DNA of 64,000 nt, taken from an uncultured archaeon (GTDB lineage Archaea; Asgardarchaeota; Lokiarchaeia; Sigyniarchaeales; SOKP01). A model generated the notes under the pieces. That model was not told the DNA's origin, made no database searches, and saw only the letters and a program-made list of their open reading frames with translations. The DNA is taken from positions 680,242-744,241 of the forward strand of contig CAZALK010000001.1 in the NCBI GenBank assembly GCA_964486045.1. The letters run 5' to 3'. How positions within the stretch are numbered: position 1 is the first letter of the stretch; every line of letters starts with the position of its first letter. The position numbers and the translations under genes are program-made. Positions 1-10,224 of the stretch are shown piece after piece.

Positions 1-128
1 GCAAAAGAAATAAAATCTACATTTATGAAAGATGTAGAAAAAGAATTAAAAAAATGGGTAGAATTATTATCCATTGATGAAATTCTGTTATTCCTCCCTA
101 ATGGCTTGTCTATGATTAAAAAGTAATA

Positions 129-866
129 TTACTTAGATTTAAGTTTAATTGTTTTAATATTTTTATAATCATCAAATAATATACCGTCTATTCCTTTAAT
201 GATTAAGTACTTAATTCTACTTATAGGATCCTTATAATCCAGAAAATCCCAAGACAGAGCCATAATCTCGTTTAGATGACATTTTTCAATAAATTTCTGA
301 GTTAATAAATTTGACCTTAAACTTATCATATCAAATTGGAAATTTTTTTTAATATCCAACCCCATGTTCAGAAATTCTGGTAGAGATAGACCTAATCCTT
401 TTGTTATACTAAAACAGCATCTCATATTCGGAATCTTATTTTTAATCTTTAATAAATCATGTAAACGTCTTCCACTAATAATCGTATTTGTTAATAATTT
501 TTTTTTCTTAATAATTTTAACAACATCATCAGTCAAACCTTCTTCTTTTAACTCAATCATAAAATTAACTTTCCCATTAAATTCATCTAAGACTTCAGTT
601 AATAATGGGATAGTTTTTTGATTTACAACCGTCTTGAAAGTTTTAATTTCTTTATATGTGAAATCTTTTAGGAAACCTGATCCATTAGTAGTTCTATTTA
701 GATTAGAATCATGGATTACTACTAATTTCCTATCTTTGGTTTTTCGAACATCAAACTCAATATAGTTTGCCCCATATTCTTTTGCTTTTTTAAAAGCCAA
801 AATTGTATTCTCATCAAATTCTATCCTAGTTCCTCTGTGCCCTATGAATAGAAAGTTATAAATCAT
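129..866 (-). CDS. Glycerophosphodiester phosphodiesterase (GDPD)
   Basis: IGHRG...ENTILAF...IEFDVRKTKD...HD motifs of the GDPD family. Confidence 0.92.
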   Translation of the reverse strand: MIYNFLFIGHRGTRIEFDENTILAFKKAKEYGANYIEFDVRKTKDRKLVVIHDSNLNRTTNGSGFLKDFTYKEIKTFKTVVNQKTIPLLTEVLDEFNGKVNFMIELKEEGLTDDVVKIIKKKKLLTNTIISGRRLHDLLKIKNKIPNMRCCFSITKGLGLSLPEFLNMGLDIKKNFQFDMISLRSNLLTQKFIEKCHLNEIMALSWDFLDYKDPISRIKYLIIKGIDGILFDDYKNIKTIKLKSK

Positions 867-878
867 TTTATTAATCGG

Positions 879-1295
879 TTATTTCTCTTGGACTAGATAT
901 AAATAAATTAGAATTAATAGAAGCCCGATCAAAGTAAAAGTAAAAACAATATAATTCAATAAGGTCTGTCCTAAAGAAAGGGTGAAAAGTAACAGGATTT
1001 CTTTCCAATCTAATGGGTTTCCTGTCATTTCTTTATAATTTCCCATGCTTATCATCATAAATAAGAAAAATAGGAGGATTACTATGACTTTTACTAAAAT
1101 ATTTATGATATCAAAGATGAGATTTATTCCTGCAAAAATCAAAATTATTTCAATATTAAATAAGAGTGAAATTACATAAAAGATTAAACTCAGTGCAGTA
1201 GAAATCACTACTGTTCTATAGGCAAATTTATCCTCAGAAATTCTTCTTGTTTTTGGTTTTTGGTCTTTAGTTTGAACTTTTGGGACTTTTGACAT
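879..1295 (-). CDS. Small multi-pass membrane protein, unknown function
   Basis: About 4 hydrophobic segments; co-oriented and tightly spaced with neighbours. Confidence 0.7.
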   Translation of the reverse strand: MSKVPKVQTKDQKPKTRRISEDKFAYRTVVISTALSLIFYVISLLFNIEIILIFAGINLIFDIINILVKVIVILLFFLFMMISMGNYKEMTGNPLDWKEILLLFTLSLGQTLLNYIVFTFTLIGLLLILIYLYLVQEK

Positions 1296-1296
1296 A

Positions 1297-2097
1297 TTAA
1301 ACTCTTAATCTCTCCATTTTTTCTTTTAATTTGAAAATTTTGTAAATGTAATAACCAGAGAGAATTCCAACAATACTAAAAACAATTATTATTAAAATCA
1401 TAAGGATTACATCAACCAATAATTGCTCTTCTACTAAAGGTTCAAAAATATTAATAAGAACTATTTCACTTTTAATAATCCCATCTGGATACGATGGTAT
1501 TTTTCCATAAGTTATGTTAAATGCATAACTATTTTCATATTCTAATACCGCATCTTCCTCATATCCGTTAGTCATAGACTGTTTAATCGGGATCGTAAAC
1601 TCATAAACCGAAACTTTTCCATCCAATTTCCCTGCTCCTTCACCATGATAATTTGTGTCGTTTAAAAAAATACTATTATTAATAAAATAATCTAGATAAA
1701 CGAATTCATCAGTTTGTATATTAGAAAATTGAACTATTTTCGCATCGATAAAATCTCCTTGATTTTCTGATGAACTATTGGAAATTAAAAGCCCAATAAA
1801 CTCAGTTGAGTTGTGAGAACTTAATTCTAAATCAACCTGAACAGAGATAAAAAGCTTAGAGCTATCTTGCATAACCCACAAATCAATCGGTAAATCTGTT
1901 AAATTGACCTGAGTTTTAAAAGCATTTTTCCATTCATTCATAGAATCATCGATCTCTCCATCTATAATAGGAGCTTCTCCAAATTCAGCATTAATTTCCT
2001 CAGCTGCACCATAACTATTGATTATAAATAAAGATGAAACTACAAAAAGATTAACTATTGTAATCCAGCTTAATATGACATAACTTATTTTCTTCAA
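1297..2097 (-). CDS. Surface protein with signal peptide, DOMON/CBM9-like domain and C-terminal TM anchor
   Basis: N-terminal hydrophobic signal, APIIDGEID...EW motif, YEFTIP, C-terminal TM plus basic tail. Confidence 0.6.
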   Translation of the reverse strand: MKKISYVILSWITIVNLFVVSSLFIINSYGAAEEINAEFGEAPIIDGEIDDSMNEWKNAFKTQVNLTDLPIDLWVMQDSSKLFISVQVDLELSSHNSTEFIGLLISNSSSENQGDFIDAKIVQFSNIQTDEFVYLDYFINNSIFLNDTNYHGEGAGKLDGKVSVYEFTIPIKQSMTNGYEEDAVLEYENSYAFNITYGKIPSYPDGIIKSEIVLINIFEPLVEEQLLVDVILMILIIIVFSIVGILSGYYIYKIFKLKEKMERLRV

Positions 2098-2254
2098 ACT
2101 AAATAATTGTTGCTTGTTTTGTTTTGTTAATTATTAAAATTGATAATTAAAATTGAATTTAATATTTTTCCCTACTTTTTTCAATAAGAAGTCAATTTTT
2201 AACAAGTGTATAAATGATAAAATGGAAAAAATTATGAATTTGTATATCCCTTAA

Positions 2255-2704
2255 TTATTTTAAATATTTAGGAAGGAAAACAACGCAGTTGAACTTATTC
2301 AAATATACAATAACATAATTAACCAACCGTTTAATTTTTCGTTTAGCTTCAGATAAATTCTTGTTACTATATTCAGCAAAGCCTTTTGGCCCTATGGCGA
2401 CTAGAACACCACTCAAATCTTTTTCTCTTTTAATAAAAAACCAAAATGGCATTTTTTTTTCATTATCTTTAATGACTATAAGCATCCAAGGATTTAATGT
2501 CCAATCGGTTTTATCTGGGCTTAAAACCTTTTCTATCGCCTTTTTGGTAAGAAACTTTTTCGTCATCTTTATTGATTTTAGGAGAGCATTAAAAAAGCTT
2601 CTCTTTATTTTTAAATATCCCCCAAAATAAACTTTCGCATCAAATAATTCAAGTTCTTTATCTGTTCCATCTGAAAACTTTAAAAAAACCTTCCAAAGAC
2701 TCAT
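2255..2704 (-). CDS. Hypothetical protein
   Basis: 149-aa ORF overlapping the upstream ORF by 4 nt (ATGA coupling). Confidence 0.65.
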   Translation of the reverse strand: MSLWKVFLKFSDGTDKELELFDAKVYFGGYLKIKRSFFNALLKSIKMTKKFLTKKAIEKVLSPDKTDWTLNPWMLIVIKDNEKKMPFWFFIKREKDLSGVLVAIGPKGFAEYSNKNLSEAKRKIKRLVNYVIVYLNKFNCVVFLPKYLK

Positions 2705-3147
2705 GATTTAGAAACTTTTCCATTATGTAATCCAATTTCTTCTATTTCTACTTTTTTAAATATATTTTTTATTTTTTCAAGTGAAGTTTTTAAATCTTTA
2801 CTTCTTTTTTCAGAAAGGCTTAAATTTAGATAACACTCATACAGCAACTGTCTCTCAATTTTTAAAAATCCGGATGTATGAATAACTTGAAATTTTTGAA
2901 GTAATTTTGAGATCTCTTTTATTATTTTGTTTGATAGCTTTAAACTGCACAGACTAACTTTAATAATTTTTTCTTTATTTATAGGATAAATTGCTAACTT
3001 GATCGAATTTTCAATGGACGATTGAACAATAAGGAGATATCCACAATCATATAAATTTTTAAACGACACTATCGGAATTTTTAAACATGCATAAGTAAAT
3101 TCATTTATCTGTTGAATAAAAGCATTTGTTATGTTTGAATTTTCCAT
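2701..3147 (-). CDS. Hypothetical protein (possible ACT-like C-terminal domain)
   Basis: 148-aa ORF downstream of RNase P genes; IHTSGF...YECYL beta-alpha pattern. Confidence 0.6.
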   Translation of the reverse strand: MENSNITNAFIQQINEFTYACLKIPIVSFKNLYDCGYLLIVQSSIENSIKLAIYPINKEKIIKVSLCSLKLSNKIIKEISKLLQKFQVIHTSGFLKIERQLLYECYLNLSLSEKRSKDLKTSLEKIKNIFKKVEIEEIGLHNGKVSKS

Positions 3148-3194
3148 TTTATATTAAACTGATATTTTTGATATTTTATTATTTTAATCGTTTT

Positions 3195-3521
3195 TTACGA
3201 GAGGCTGTTTTCTCTTAAAGATTTAATTGTCCCAGAAGTCTTTACTGGGGATATAATTAACCTTTTTCCATTTATTTCCTGTATAAGTGTTAAAGCGGTT
3301 ATGATAATTTCTTTTGTTTCGTGAGAGCATCGAATAATCCCGCAATTTTCATCAGGATTGAGTTCTACTAGCCATAATCCAATTTTATTCGCACCTTTCA
3401 TTCCAAAATATCGCCATATAGAATGCCATATAGATTTCAAAATAATGTTTTGATCTAGAAATAAGTCTCTTTCTTTAATTATTTTAAAATTTATATATCT
3501 CGATCTTTCATTTTTTACCAA
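3195..3521 (-). CDS. rnp2: Ribonuclease P protein component 2 (Pop5/Rpp14)
   Basis: ERSRYI, GIIRC, KTSGTIKSL motifs; adjacent to Rpp30. Confidence 0.92.
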   Translation of the reverse strand: MVKNERSRYINFKIIKERDLFLDQNIILKSIWHSIWRYFGMKGANKIGLWLVELNPDENCGIIRCSHETKEIIITALTLIQEINGKRLIISPVKTSGTIKSLRENSLS

Positions 3522-3536
3522 TTTAAATCCCTTTTT

Positions 3537-4244
3537 TTATACTAATTTTACTCCCGGTTCAATTATTTTATCATTTTGATCTTCGGTTTTTTCTACTAAG
3601 ATTTTAGGATTTGTAATGTATGCTTTTTTTACTAGATTCGTGGGAATTCCTAATAACGAATTACATATACTTAATTGTGATCTAGGATGTCTAAAATCAA
3701 ATAAATCAATAAAATTTCCACTTATTATCAAATTTGCCTTTAATTTTAAGGCTAATTGCGTGAATTTGAATAAGTTTCTAAAATTTTTTGATTGTACTGC
3801 TTTATTTCTAACCATAATTGGTGCTAACGAAAATTCAATAAAAGAATTATTCTGTTTTGTGAGTGAGATCACTCCTGGAGTGATTGTTTTAATAATTTCG
3901 GGATTAGAAAAGGAAACAATATCAACTCTTGAATCTTTAGCGGATTGTAATTGGACTGCTCTATTCAGAGATTCTATGGAAAGAATATCTGTAAAGTTAC
4001 TGTAACTCTTAATCTTTGCTCTAAAATCCTCAATTTTATTTAATCTTAGATTTATTCTAAAGTAAATATTAATTTTAGATTCCTCCCGCACTCTTTTCCT
4101 AAAATCTGAAGGAATTATTTCTACACCATTCTTAGGCTCTAAGATAATGTTCTTTATGCCAAGTTTCTCACAAATATTTAATTTTTTCTCAATTTCGTTA
4201 AAATCATTTATATTTACTGGAATTCTTGATTCAAAGTATGTCAA
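3537..4244 (-). CDS. rnp3: Ribonuclease P protein component 3 (Rpp30)
   Basis: RVDIVS, IEFSL, LIISG...FRHPR, LLG...NP motifs; canonical adjacency to Pop5. Confidence 0.9.
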   Translation of the reverse strand: MTYFESRIPVNINDFNEIEKKLNICEKLGIKNIILEPKNGVEIIPSDFRKRVREESKINIYFRINLRLNKIEDFRAKIKSYSNFTDILSIESLNRAVQLQSAKDSRVDIVSFSNPEIIKTITPGVISLTKQNNSFIEFSLAPIMVRNKAVQSKNFRNLFKFTQLALKLKANLIISGNFIDLFDFRHPRSQLSICNSLLGIPTNLVKKAYITNPKILVEKTEDQNDKIIEPGVKLV

Positions 4245-4488
4245 AAATGTTATAATCCCTCCAAGACAGCATTGTGTTAATTATTTAGTGTTTTTTGAGA
4301 ATAATTTTTTTTTTAGTAATAACTAATTATTCAAAATGTTAATTCCTTAAAAATAAGGGCTTTCCTTATCAAAAAAAGAGACTTTTTAAGGTAAAATTGA
4401 AAAGGACATCTTTATTCACTAATCTTTTAAAAATAATTGAATAAAATCAGTTATAATGGTTAAATAGTTAAATATCAGTATAAGATAT

Positions 4489-4932
4489 ATGTCAGAATTT
4501 AAATTACCTAAATTTGATCAAATTGGGATAGTAGTGAGGGATATTGATAAAACCGTTGAATTTCTCGGCACTATCCTTGATTTTAAAGTTGGGTTGAAAA
4601 TAATTGAACAAATTACAAAGGCAGTTTACAAAGGAAAGGAAGTCTCTTTTAAATTGAAAAAAATCATGCAAAAATTTGATGGAAAACAGATAGAAATTGT
4701 TGAAGTGTTGGAATCTTCAGGAAATCATGTATATTTAGAATATCTTAATGAAGGAAAACAAGGTTTACATCACCTAGGTATATTTACTAAGGATGTAAAA
4801 CCATTATTGAAATATTATAAAAATCAATTAGGTATTGATGTTATCCAAACCGGAAAAGCTGGAAAAGTTAATTTTTATTATTTGAACACTGTGGATATTT
4901 TAGGGTTTTACCTAGAATTAATCGCTTTTTAA
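4489..4932 (+). CDS. VOC/glyoxalase family protein (methylmalonyl-CoA epimerase-like)
   Basis: DQIGIVVRDI, QIEIVE, GLHHLG, YLELI motifs. Confidence 0.88.
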   Translation: MSEFKLPKFDQIGIVVRDIDKTVEFLGTILDFKVGLKIIEQITKAVYKGKEVSFKLKKIMQKFDGKQIEIVEVLESSGNHVYLEYLNEGKQGLHHLGIFTKDVKPLLKYYKNQLGIDVIQTGKAGKVNFYYLNTVDILGFYLELIAF

Positions 4933-4997
4933 TGGAGATCTAATATCTGTCATTTGCGTGTCATAAAGTTTATTTTCAATTTGAAATTTGGTTATGT

Positions 4998-6731
4998 ATG
5001 TCTAATCAATTATTAAACGGTGGCGATTTAACTGTTAAATGTCTATTAGAAGAAGGGATTTCAAAAATTTTTGGCATAGTTGGCGGTGAATTATTAAGAA
5101 TTTACGATGCTATTGAAAGATGGGGACGAGAACAAGGTATTGAAACAGTTATGGTAAGACATGAACAAGCAGGAGGACACATGGCAGACGCGTGGGCTAG
5201 GGCAACAGGTGAAATAGGTGTCTGCTTAGGGACTGTTGGGCCGGGAGTCACTCACCTTGTTCCGGCTGTAGCTACTGCCAATGCGGATTCTATTCCATTG
5301 TTAGTGATTGGAGCACAGATTGGTAGAATGTTTGAAGATACAGGAATTCTACAAGGAGGGATAGACCAAATTGCTTTAATGAAACCTATAACTAAGGCAC
5401 AAATTCAAATAGAAGAACCAAGTGAAATTCCAAGAGCGCTTCAAAAAGCAGTCAGAATTGCATTATCTGGAAGAAGAGGTCCAGTTTACGTTGATTTTAG
5501 GGAAACTGCTCTAGTGAGAGAAGCTTCTGAGAGGGATATTTCACATATTTTAAACCCTGAAAAATATAGAGCTTTTAGAAGACCGAATGGATCTCTTGAA
5601 GATATCAAAGTTGCTGTAAAGATTTTAGAAAATGCCAAAAAACCACTAATTGTCGCCGGTGGAGGTGTAATTGCATCAGAGGCTTCAAAAGAATTAAAAA
5701 CCTTATCAAAAACTTATTTAATTCCAACTGGGACCACAATTAACGGAATTGGATCAATCGGCAGTGATTTAAACACCTTCTTAGACTCCTATTTAATTAA
5801 TGATTCATATCGAACAGCTGCTTCAGAAGCGGATGTAGTTTTATCATTGGGTTGTAAATGGGATTATTCACTATTTTATGGTGCACCACCTCTTTGGAGT
5901 CAAGATCAAAGAATAATTCAAGTTGATATTGATCCAAAAGAAATTGGTAAGAATAGACCAATATCAGTGGGTATTATCGGAGATTGTAAAGCAGTAATTA
6001 ACCAATTGTTACTTGAAATGGAGAAAAATCTTACAAAAAACAAATTAACTGAATGGTCGGAATGGAATTATTATTTGCAAGAAATTAGAAGAAATCAATT
6101 ATCAAACAATCTTAAGATATTAGAGTTTAAGAAGTTACCAATGAAACCCGAAAGACTTGTTTATGAGGTTTTTGATTTCATTCCCAAGGATACACAAATA
6201 GTACTCGATGGTGGTGATATAGTTGTCTTTTCCTATAAATTTATAAACCATAAACCAAGGTCCCCAAGATCAACATTTTTCCCAATTACAATGGGCCATT
6301 TAGGCGTTGGAATACCATATTCAATTGGGGTAAAAATGGCTAAACCAAATAAGTTAGTTGTCTGTTTAACTGGAGATGGAAGTTTTATGTTTAACATTCA
6401 AGAATTAGAAACTGCCCTAAGATTAAACTTACCGATAATTGTAATTATAGCCAATAATTGCGCTTGGGGTATGATAAAGAGCACACAAAAAAACAGCTTT
6501 AGAAAAAGATATTGTGATGTTGATTTTCCTCCCATTAATTATTCAGAAATAGCAAAAGGTTTTGGATGTTACGCTGAAAAAATTGAAAAACCAGAAGAAA
6601 TAAAGAAAGCTATACAACGAGCGATTGACTCTAAAAAACCTGCAGTCATTGATGTTGATATTGCATTTGAGACACCCACCCCAATGCGATTTTTGGCTCA
6701 ATATAAGAAAAATAAGGGACTTTTTGGTTAA
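4998..6731 (+). CDS. Thiamine-diphosphate-dependent enzyme (acetolactate synthase/2-hydroxyacyl-CoA lyase-like)
   Basis: RHEQAG, GPG, GDGSF...NN TPP-binding motif. Confidence 0.92.
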   Translation: MSNQLLNGGDLTVKCLLEEGISKIFGIVGGELLRIYDAIERWGREQGIETVMVRHEQAGGHMADAWARATGEIGVCLGTVGPGVTHLVPAVATANADSIPLLVIGAQIGRMFEDTGILQGGIDQIALMKPITKAQIQIEEPSEIPRALQKAVRIALSGRRGPVYVDFRETALVREASERDISHILNPEKYRAFRRPNGSLEDIKVAVKILENAKKPLIVAGGGVIASEASKELKTLSKTYLIPTGTTINGIGSIGSDLNTFLDSYLINDSYRTAASEADVVLSLGCKWDYSLFYGAPPLWSQDQRIIQVDIDPKEIGKNRPISVGIIGDCKAVINQLLLEMEKNLTKNKLTEWSEWNYYLQEIRRNQLSNNLKILEFKKLPMKPERLVYEVFDFIPKDTQIVLDGGDIVVFSYKFINHKPRSPRSTFFPITMGHLGVGIPYSIGVKMAKPNKLVVCLTGDGSFMFNIQELETALRLNLPIIVIIANNCAWGMIKSTQKNSFRKRYCDVDFPPINYSEIAKGFGCYAEKIEKPEEIKKAIQRAIDSKKPAVIDVDIAFETPTPMRFLAQYKKNKGLFG

Positions 6732-6757
6732 TAATAATCGTAATAAATTATTTTGGT

Positions 6758-7567
6758 GTGATTAAAAAAATGATTGAAAATTTTTTTTTAAAAGGAAAAA
6801 TAGCTTTAGTCACAGGAGCAGGTAGCGGATTTGGGCGTGAAATGGCAATAAATTTTGCAAAGAAAGGTGCTAATTTAGTTTTAAATGATATTCATTTAGA
6901 AACTATAAAAGAAACTCGTGACTTAATCCTAAACTCATATGATGTTGAAGTAATGTTAGCGGAAGCAGATATTTCTGATGAAGAACAGGTTAATATCATG
7001 AGTAGAAATGTTTTTCAACGATTTGATAATGTTTTTTTACTAGTTAATAATGCCGGAATAAGAGGGGGTTCGTCATCTTTAAAAACTAAGATTAAAGACT
7101 ACAATATGGTCATGAACATAAATGTTAAAGGTGCGTGGAATGTAACAAAAGCATTCTATAAAAAAATGAGAAGACAGAAATTCAGCCCATTAGCAGGAAA
7201 AATCATAAATATAACCTCGTGTGCGGGTACAGAATGCGGATTGAATCCCTTTATTGGTATTTATAGTGTGAGTAAAGCTGCGCTTATAGCGTTTACAAAG
7301 CTTTGGGCTCTTGAATTAGGCTCAAGTAATATTTCTGTTAACGCAATTTGCCCTGGGATTTTTCTTACACCAGTATACAATAATGATCCAAACTTCATTA
7401 GGGAATGGATAAAATTGAGAAATTTGAAAATTCCTATAGATCAAATTGGAGAAGCCAGGCAAGTTGCTGATGTAGCACTATTCTTAGCCTCACCCGCTTC
7501 AGATTATATTACAGGTCAAAATATTATAATTGATGGTGGGATGACTATATCAATAAATAAACTATAG
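6758..7567 (+). CDS. Short-chain dehydrogenase/reductase
   Basis: TGAGSGFG, NNAG, YSVSK catalytic motif. Confidence 0.95.
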   Translation: MIKKMIENFFLKGKIALVTGAGSGFGREMAINFAKKGANLVLNDIHLETIKETRDLILNSYDVEVMLAEADISDEEQVNIMSRNVFQRFDNVFLLVNNAGIRGGSSSLKTKIKDYNMVMNINVKGAWNVTKAFYKKMRRQKFSPLAGKIINITSCAGTECGLNPFIGIYSVSKAALIAFTKLWALELGSSNISVNAICPGIFLTPVYNNDPNFIREWIKLRNLKIPIDQIGEARQVADVALFLASPASDYITGQNIIIDGGMTISINKL

Positions 7568-7587
7568 ATTAATAAGGAAAAAAAAGT

Positions 7588-8187
7588 TTATTTTCCACGA
7601 CCTTTATTTGCTCGGATGCTAGGCCGTGTTTTTTCAGATCCCCATCCTCTTTTATGTAACCCTCTCGCTCTCTTTCCAGCTGAAGTTAAACCCCTGGTAG
7701 CTCTTTTTTTATGTTGAGGTTCGGTGATCCAATTTATTTTAGGGTCTGACTTAATCACTGGATGAGATGGATCAACTAAGATGACTTCATAATACCAATG
7801 TCTTCCATCAGAGTATATTTTATAACTATTAAGAACTTCCATATTTGGATACTTTCTCTGAGCTCTCTCCTCAGCAATCCATTGTAAGTTTTTACCTGTA
7901 GTATATTTTGAAACCCCCATCGCTCTTGGTTTTCTTCCCCTCTTAGGACGAACTTTATGCATTCCCCCTTTTCTAATCCTAGCTCTTATAATGACATATC
8001 CTTGCTTAGCTTTATATCCTAATTCTCTTGCACGATAAATTTTAGTTGGTCTTTCGACTCTTTGAATTGATTTACCCTTCCGATATTCAATACCGCGATA
8101 CCAATGTGGTGTTTTATACCCTTTATCGTGTTTCTCAAAAGTTTCTTTCACATAGCTATATCCAGACTTCAAACTATTAGGGCACAT
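7588..8187 (-). CDS. rpl15e: 50S ribosomal protein L15e (likely start TTG at 8172)
   Basis: RARELGYKAKQG, EVLNSY, YEVILVDP, RGLTSAG. Confidence 0.98.
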   Translation of the reverse strand: MCPNSLKSGYSYVKETFEKHDKGYKTPHWYRGIEYRKGKSIQRVERPTKIYRARELGYKAKQGYVIIRARIRKGGMHKVRPKRGRKPRAMGVSKYTTGKNLQWIAEERAQRKYPNMEVLNSYKIYSDGRHWYYEVILVDPSHPVIKSDPKINWITEPQHKKRATRGLTSAGKRARGLHKRGWGSEKTRPSIRANKGRGK

Positions 8188-8241
8188 CCGTAAATTAATA
8201 TTATTTAAAAATATGCATATTATATTATTTTTATGGTTATT

Positions 8242-9174
8242 CTAATCAGATAAAAAACTCATCAAATATTCTGTTATTTTTTCTGTAATCATAGTACTTG
8301 CTTGAATTTGTGTTTCAACAGTTTGACTTCCGATATGAGGGGTAAGTATTAAGTTATCTTCACAAGAACATAAATCCAAGTTAGTCAAGGGTTCTTGTTG
8401 ATACACATCTAAGGCAGCACCGCTTATTTGTCCATTTTTTAATGCCTTCACTAAAGCAAACTCATCAATTAAATCTCCTCTCGCTGTATTAACTATTAAA
8501 GCGTTTTTATTCATCATATTAAGTCGTTTTTCATTTATTGTGTGTTTAGTTTCATTAGTAGAGGGTAAATGTAATGAAATTATTTGAACATCTACTATAA
8601 GGTCATCCACATTACGATAAACATTATATCCTAATTTTTTTGCTAATTCAATAACCCTTTTCTCTTTATCGTAGACCCCAATTTTCATTCCAAAAGCAGA
8701 ACATCTTTTTGCTACCTCCTGACCAATGTTACCGAACCCAATTAATCCCATTTTCTTATCTTTTAAAACAAATCCCATACAGTCATTTTTGCACCACTTA
8801 CCACAATGCATCATCTCATCCGCTTTTGATATATGCCTAGCTAAGTTAAGTATCAAACCTATTGTCAATTCTGCTACTGAAACAGACGAGGCTTCTGGAG
8901 TATTGAACACTTTAATCCCTAATTCTTTTGCCTTTTGTAGGTCAATATTATCAAGACCAACACCAGCCCTTCCAATTACTTTCAATTTTTTACCCTTTTC
9001 TAATATATTAGCAGTCAGTCTTGTTCTTGATCTAACTATAACAGCTTCATAACTCTGAATTTCTTTTTCCAAATCACTTAGAGTTAGATCATAAAATTCA
9101 TTATATTCGAGCCCATTTTCATCAAAAATCTTAAGAGATTCCTTCTGGATCTTATCTGTAATTAAAATCTTCAT
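8242..9174 (-). CDS. serA: D-3-phosphoglycerate dehydrogenase / D-2-hydroxyacid dehydrogenase
   Basis: RAGVGLDNID, GFGNIG, NTARG, LDVY..EP, TPHIG; no ACT domain. Confidence 0.85.
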   Translation of the reverse strand: MKILITDKIQKESLKIFDENGLEYNEFYDLTLSDLEKEIQSYEAVIVRSRTRLTANILEKGKKLKVIGRAGVGLDNIDLQKAKELGIKVFNTPEASSVSVAELTIGLILNLARHISKADEMMHCGKWCKNDCMGFVLKDKKMGLIGFGNIGQEVAKRCSAFGMKIGVYDKEKRVIELAKKLGYNVYRNVDDLIVDVQIISLHLPSTNETKHTINEKRLNMMNKNALIVNTARGDLIDEFALVKALKNGQISGAALDVYQQEPLTNLDLCSCEDNLILTPHIGSQTVETQIQASTMITEKITEYLMSFLSD

Positions 9175-9267
9175 CTAAATCTGAAAAAAATAATTTTTAT
9201 TACCTTGAATAAATTATCCTAATTATTAATTGCTTTTAGATTTATATTTTTTGAATTTTATTAACCT

Positions 9268-9777
9268 ATGGAAAGAAAAAACAAGAATAAAGATTTTCTC
9301 AACAATCCAAAGGTTGAGAATAAAGAAGGATTAACTGTATCATATGATAGAGATGAGTTAAAAGAAAAATTTCCTCATTTAGTTACTGAAATGTTAGGAA
9401 AAAAACCCCCCATAAAAATCGACTTAATTGAAAATAACATTGATTTAAAGCAATTTAGTGCTGAAATATCAAATCTAGATGAATTAGTAGATCCACGTGT
9501 AATTGATTTTTTAAGAAGATGTATGAATAATGATGAAGCCCTCAATATTTTAGATTACTTACTAAAACAAAAAGAAATCTCAGATGAAGAATATAATTCT
9601 TTTAAAAATCAGATTTTAAAAGGGAAAGGATTAAAAGAATTCATTGATAAACACGGAGGTTTTAAAGGTCATGGTTATTATGAAAAGAAATATAGAGATT
9701 TGACGCGAAGTAAATTAGCACAAAATAAAAATTTAAGTGCACACAAAAATATAGATAAAGAAGTTAAGATACCATGA
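9268..9777 (+). CDS. DUF2095-like archaeal protein
   Basis: FPHL..E, P.VIDFLRRC...EAL.ILDYL, GYYE motifs. Confidence 0.75.
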   Translation: MERKNKNKDFLNNPKVENKEGLTVSYDRDELKEKFPHLVTEMLGKKPPIKIDLIENNIDLKQFSAEISNLDELVDPRVIDFLRRCMNNDEALNILDYLLKQKEISDEEYNSFKNQILKGKGLKEFIDKHGGFKGHGYYEKKYRDLTRSKLAQNKNLSAHKNIDKEVKIP

Positions 9778-9792
9778 TTATTATATTAAGAG

Positions 9793-9870
9793 AAGAAAAA
9801 TGATGAGCTTATGACAATAAGAACTAATGCTCTTAGTTATGACTCATGTCGCCCCAATCTGATTTTTTCT
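9793..9870 (+). ncRNA. C/D box 2'-O-methylation guide sRNA (predicted target 23S rRNA G2251, E. coli numbering)
   Basis: C box ATGATGA 9800-9806, D box CTGA 9859-9862, terminal A/T stem, internal D'/C'-like AAGA...GTTATGA around hairpin AACTAA/TTAGTT; D guide ATGTCGCCCCAAT complementary to the P-loop UGGGGCG. Confidence 0.85.
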
Positions 9871-9897
9871 CCTAAAATTTTATAATAAGATTTCAGT

Positions 9898-10161
9898 TCA
9901 TTTACCCTTTGATGCATTTTCTAGCTGATTCTTTAATTTGAGCCCTCTTTCTGTTAAGAAATGCTCTTTTTTGACTACTTTAATGAGGTTTAATTCTAAT
10001 AAGACGGGTATTCTTCCTTTAACACATGAAATTGGTAACCCTGAAAATAATCTAATTATTTCATAATTCTTTGCTCCTTTATCAATTGCAAATAATATTT
10101 CAATTCCCATATAACCTAAAAGATTTTTTAAATCTTCTTTAGATTCTTCTCCATTAATCAA
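9898..10161 (-). CDS. Small winged-helix protein
   Basis: HTH followed by wing pattern L.LI......LTERG. Confidence 0.7.
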   Translation of the reverse strand: MINGEESKEDLKNLLGYMGIEILFAIDKGAKNYEIIRLFSGLPISCVKGRIPVLLELNLIKVVKKEHFLTERGLKLKNQLENASKGK

Positions 10162-10224
10162 TATAATCCAAACACACTATTTTCTTCTAGAAATTTTTTA
10201 GGTGTTGTTAAATCACTTGGTTCA

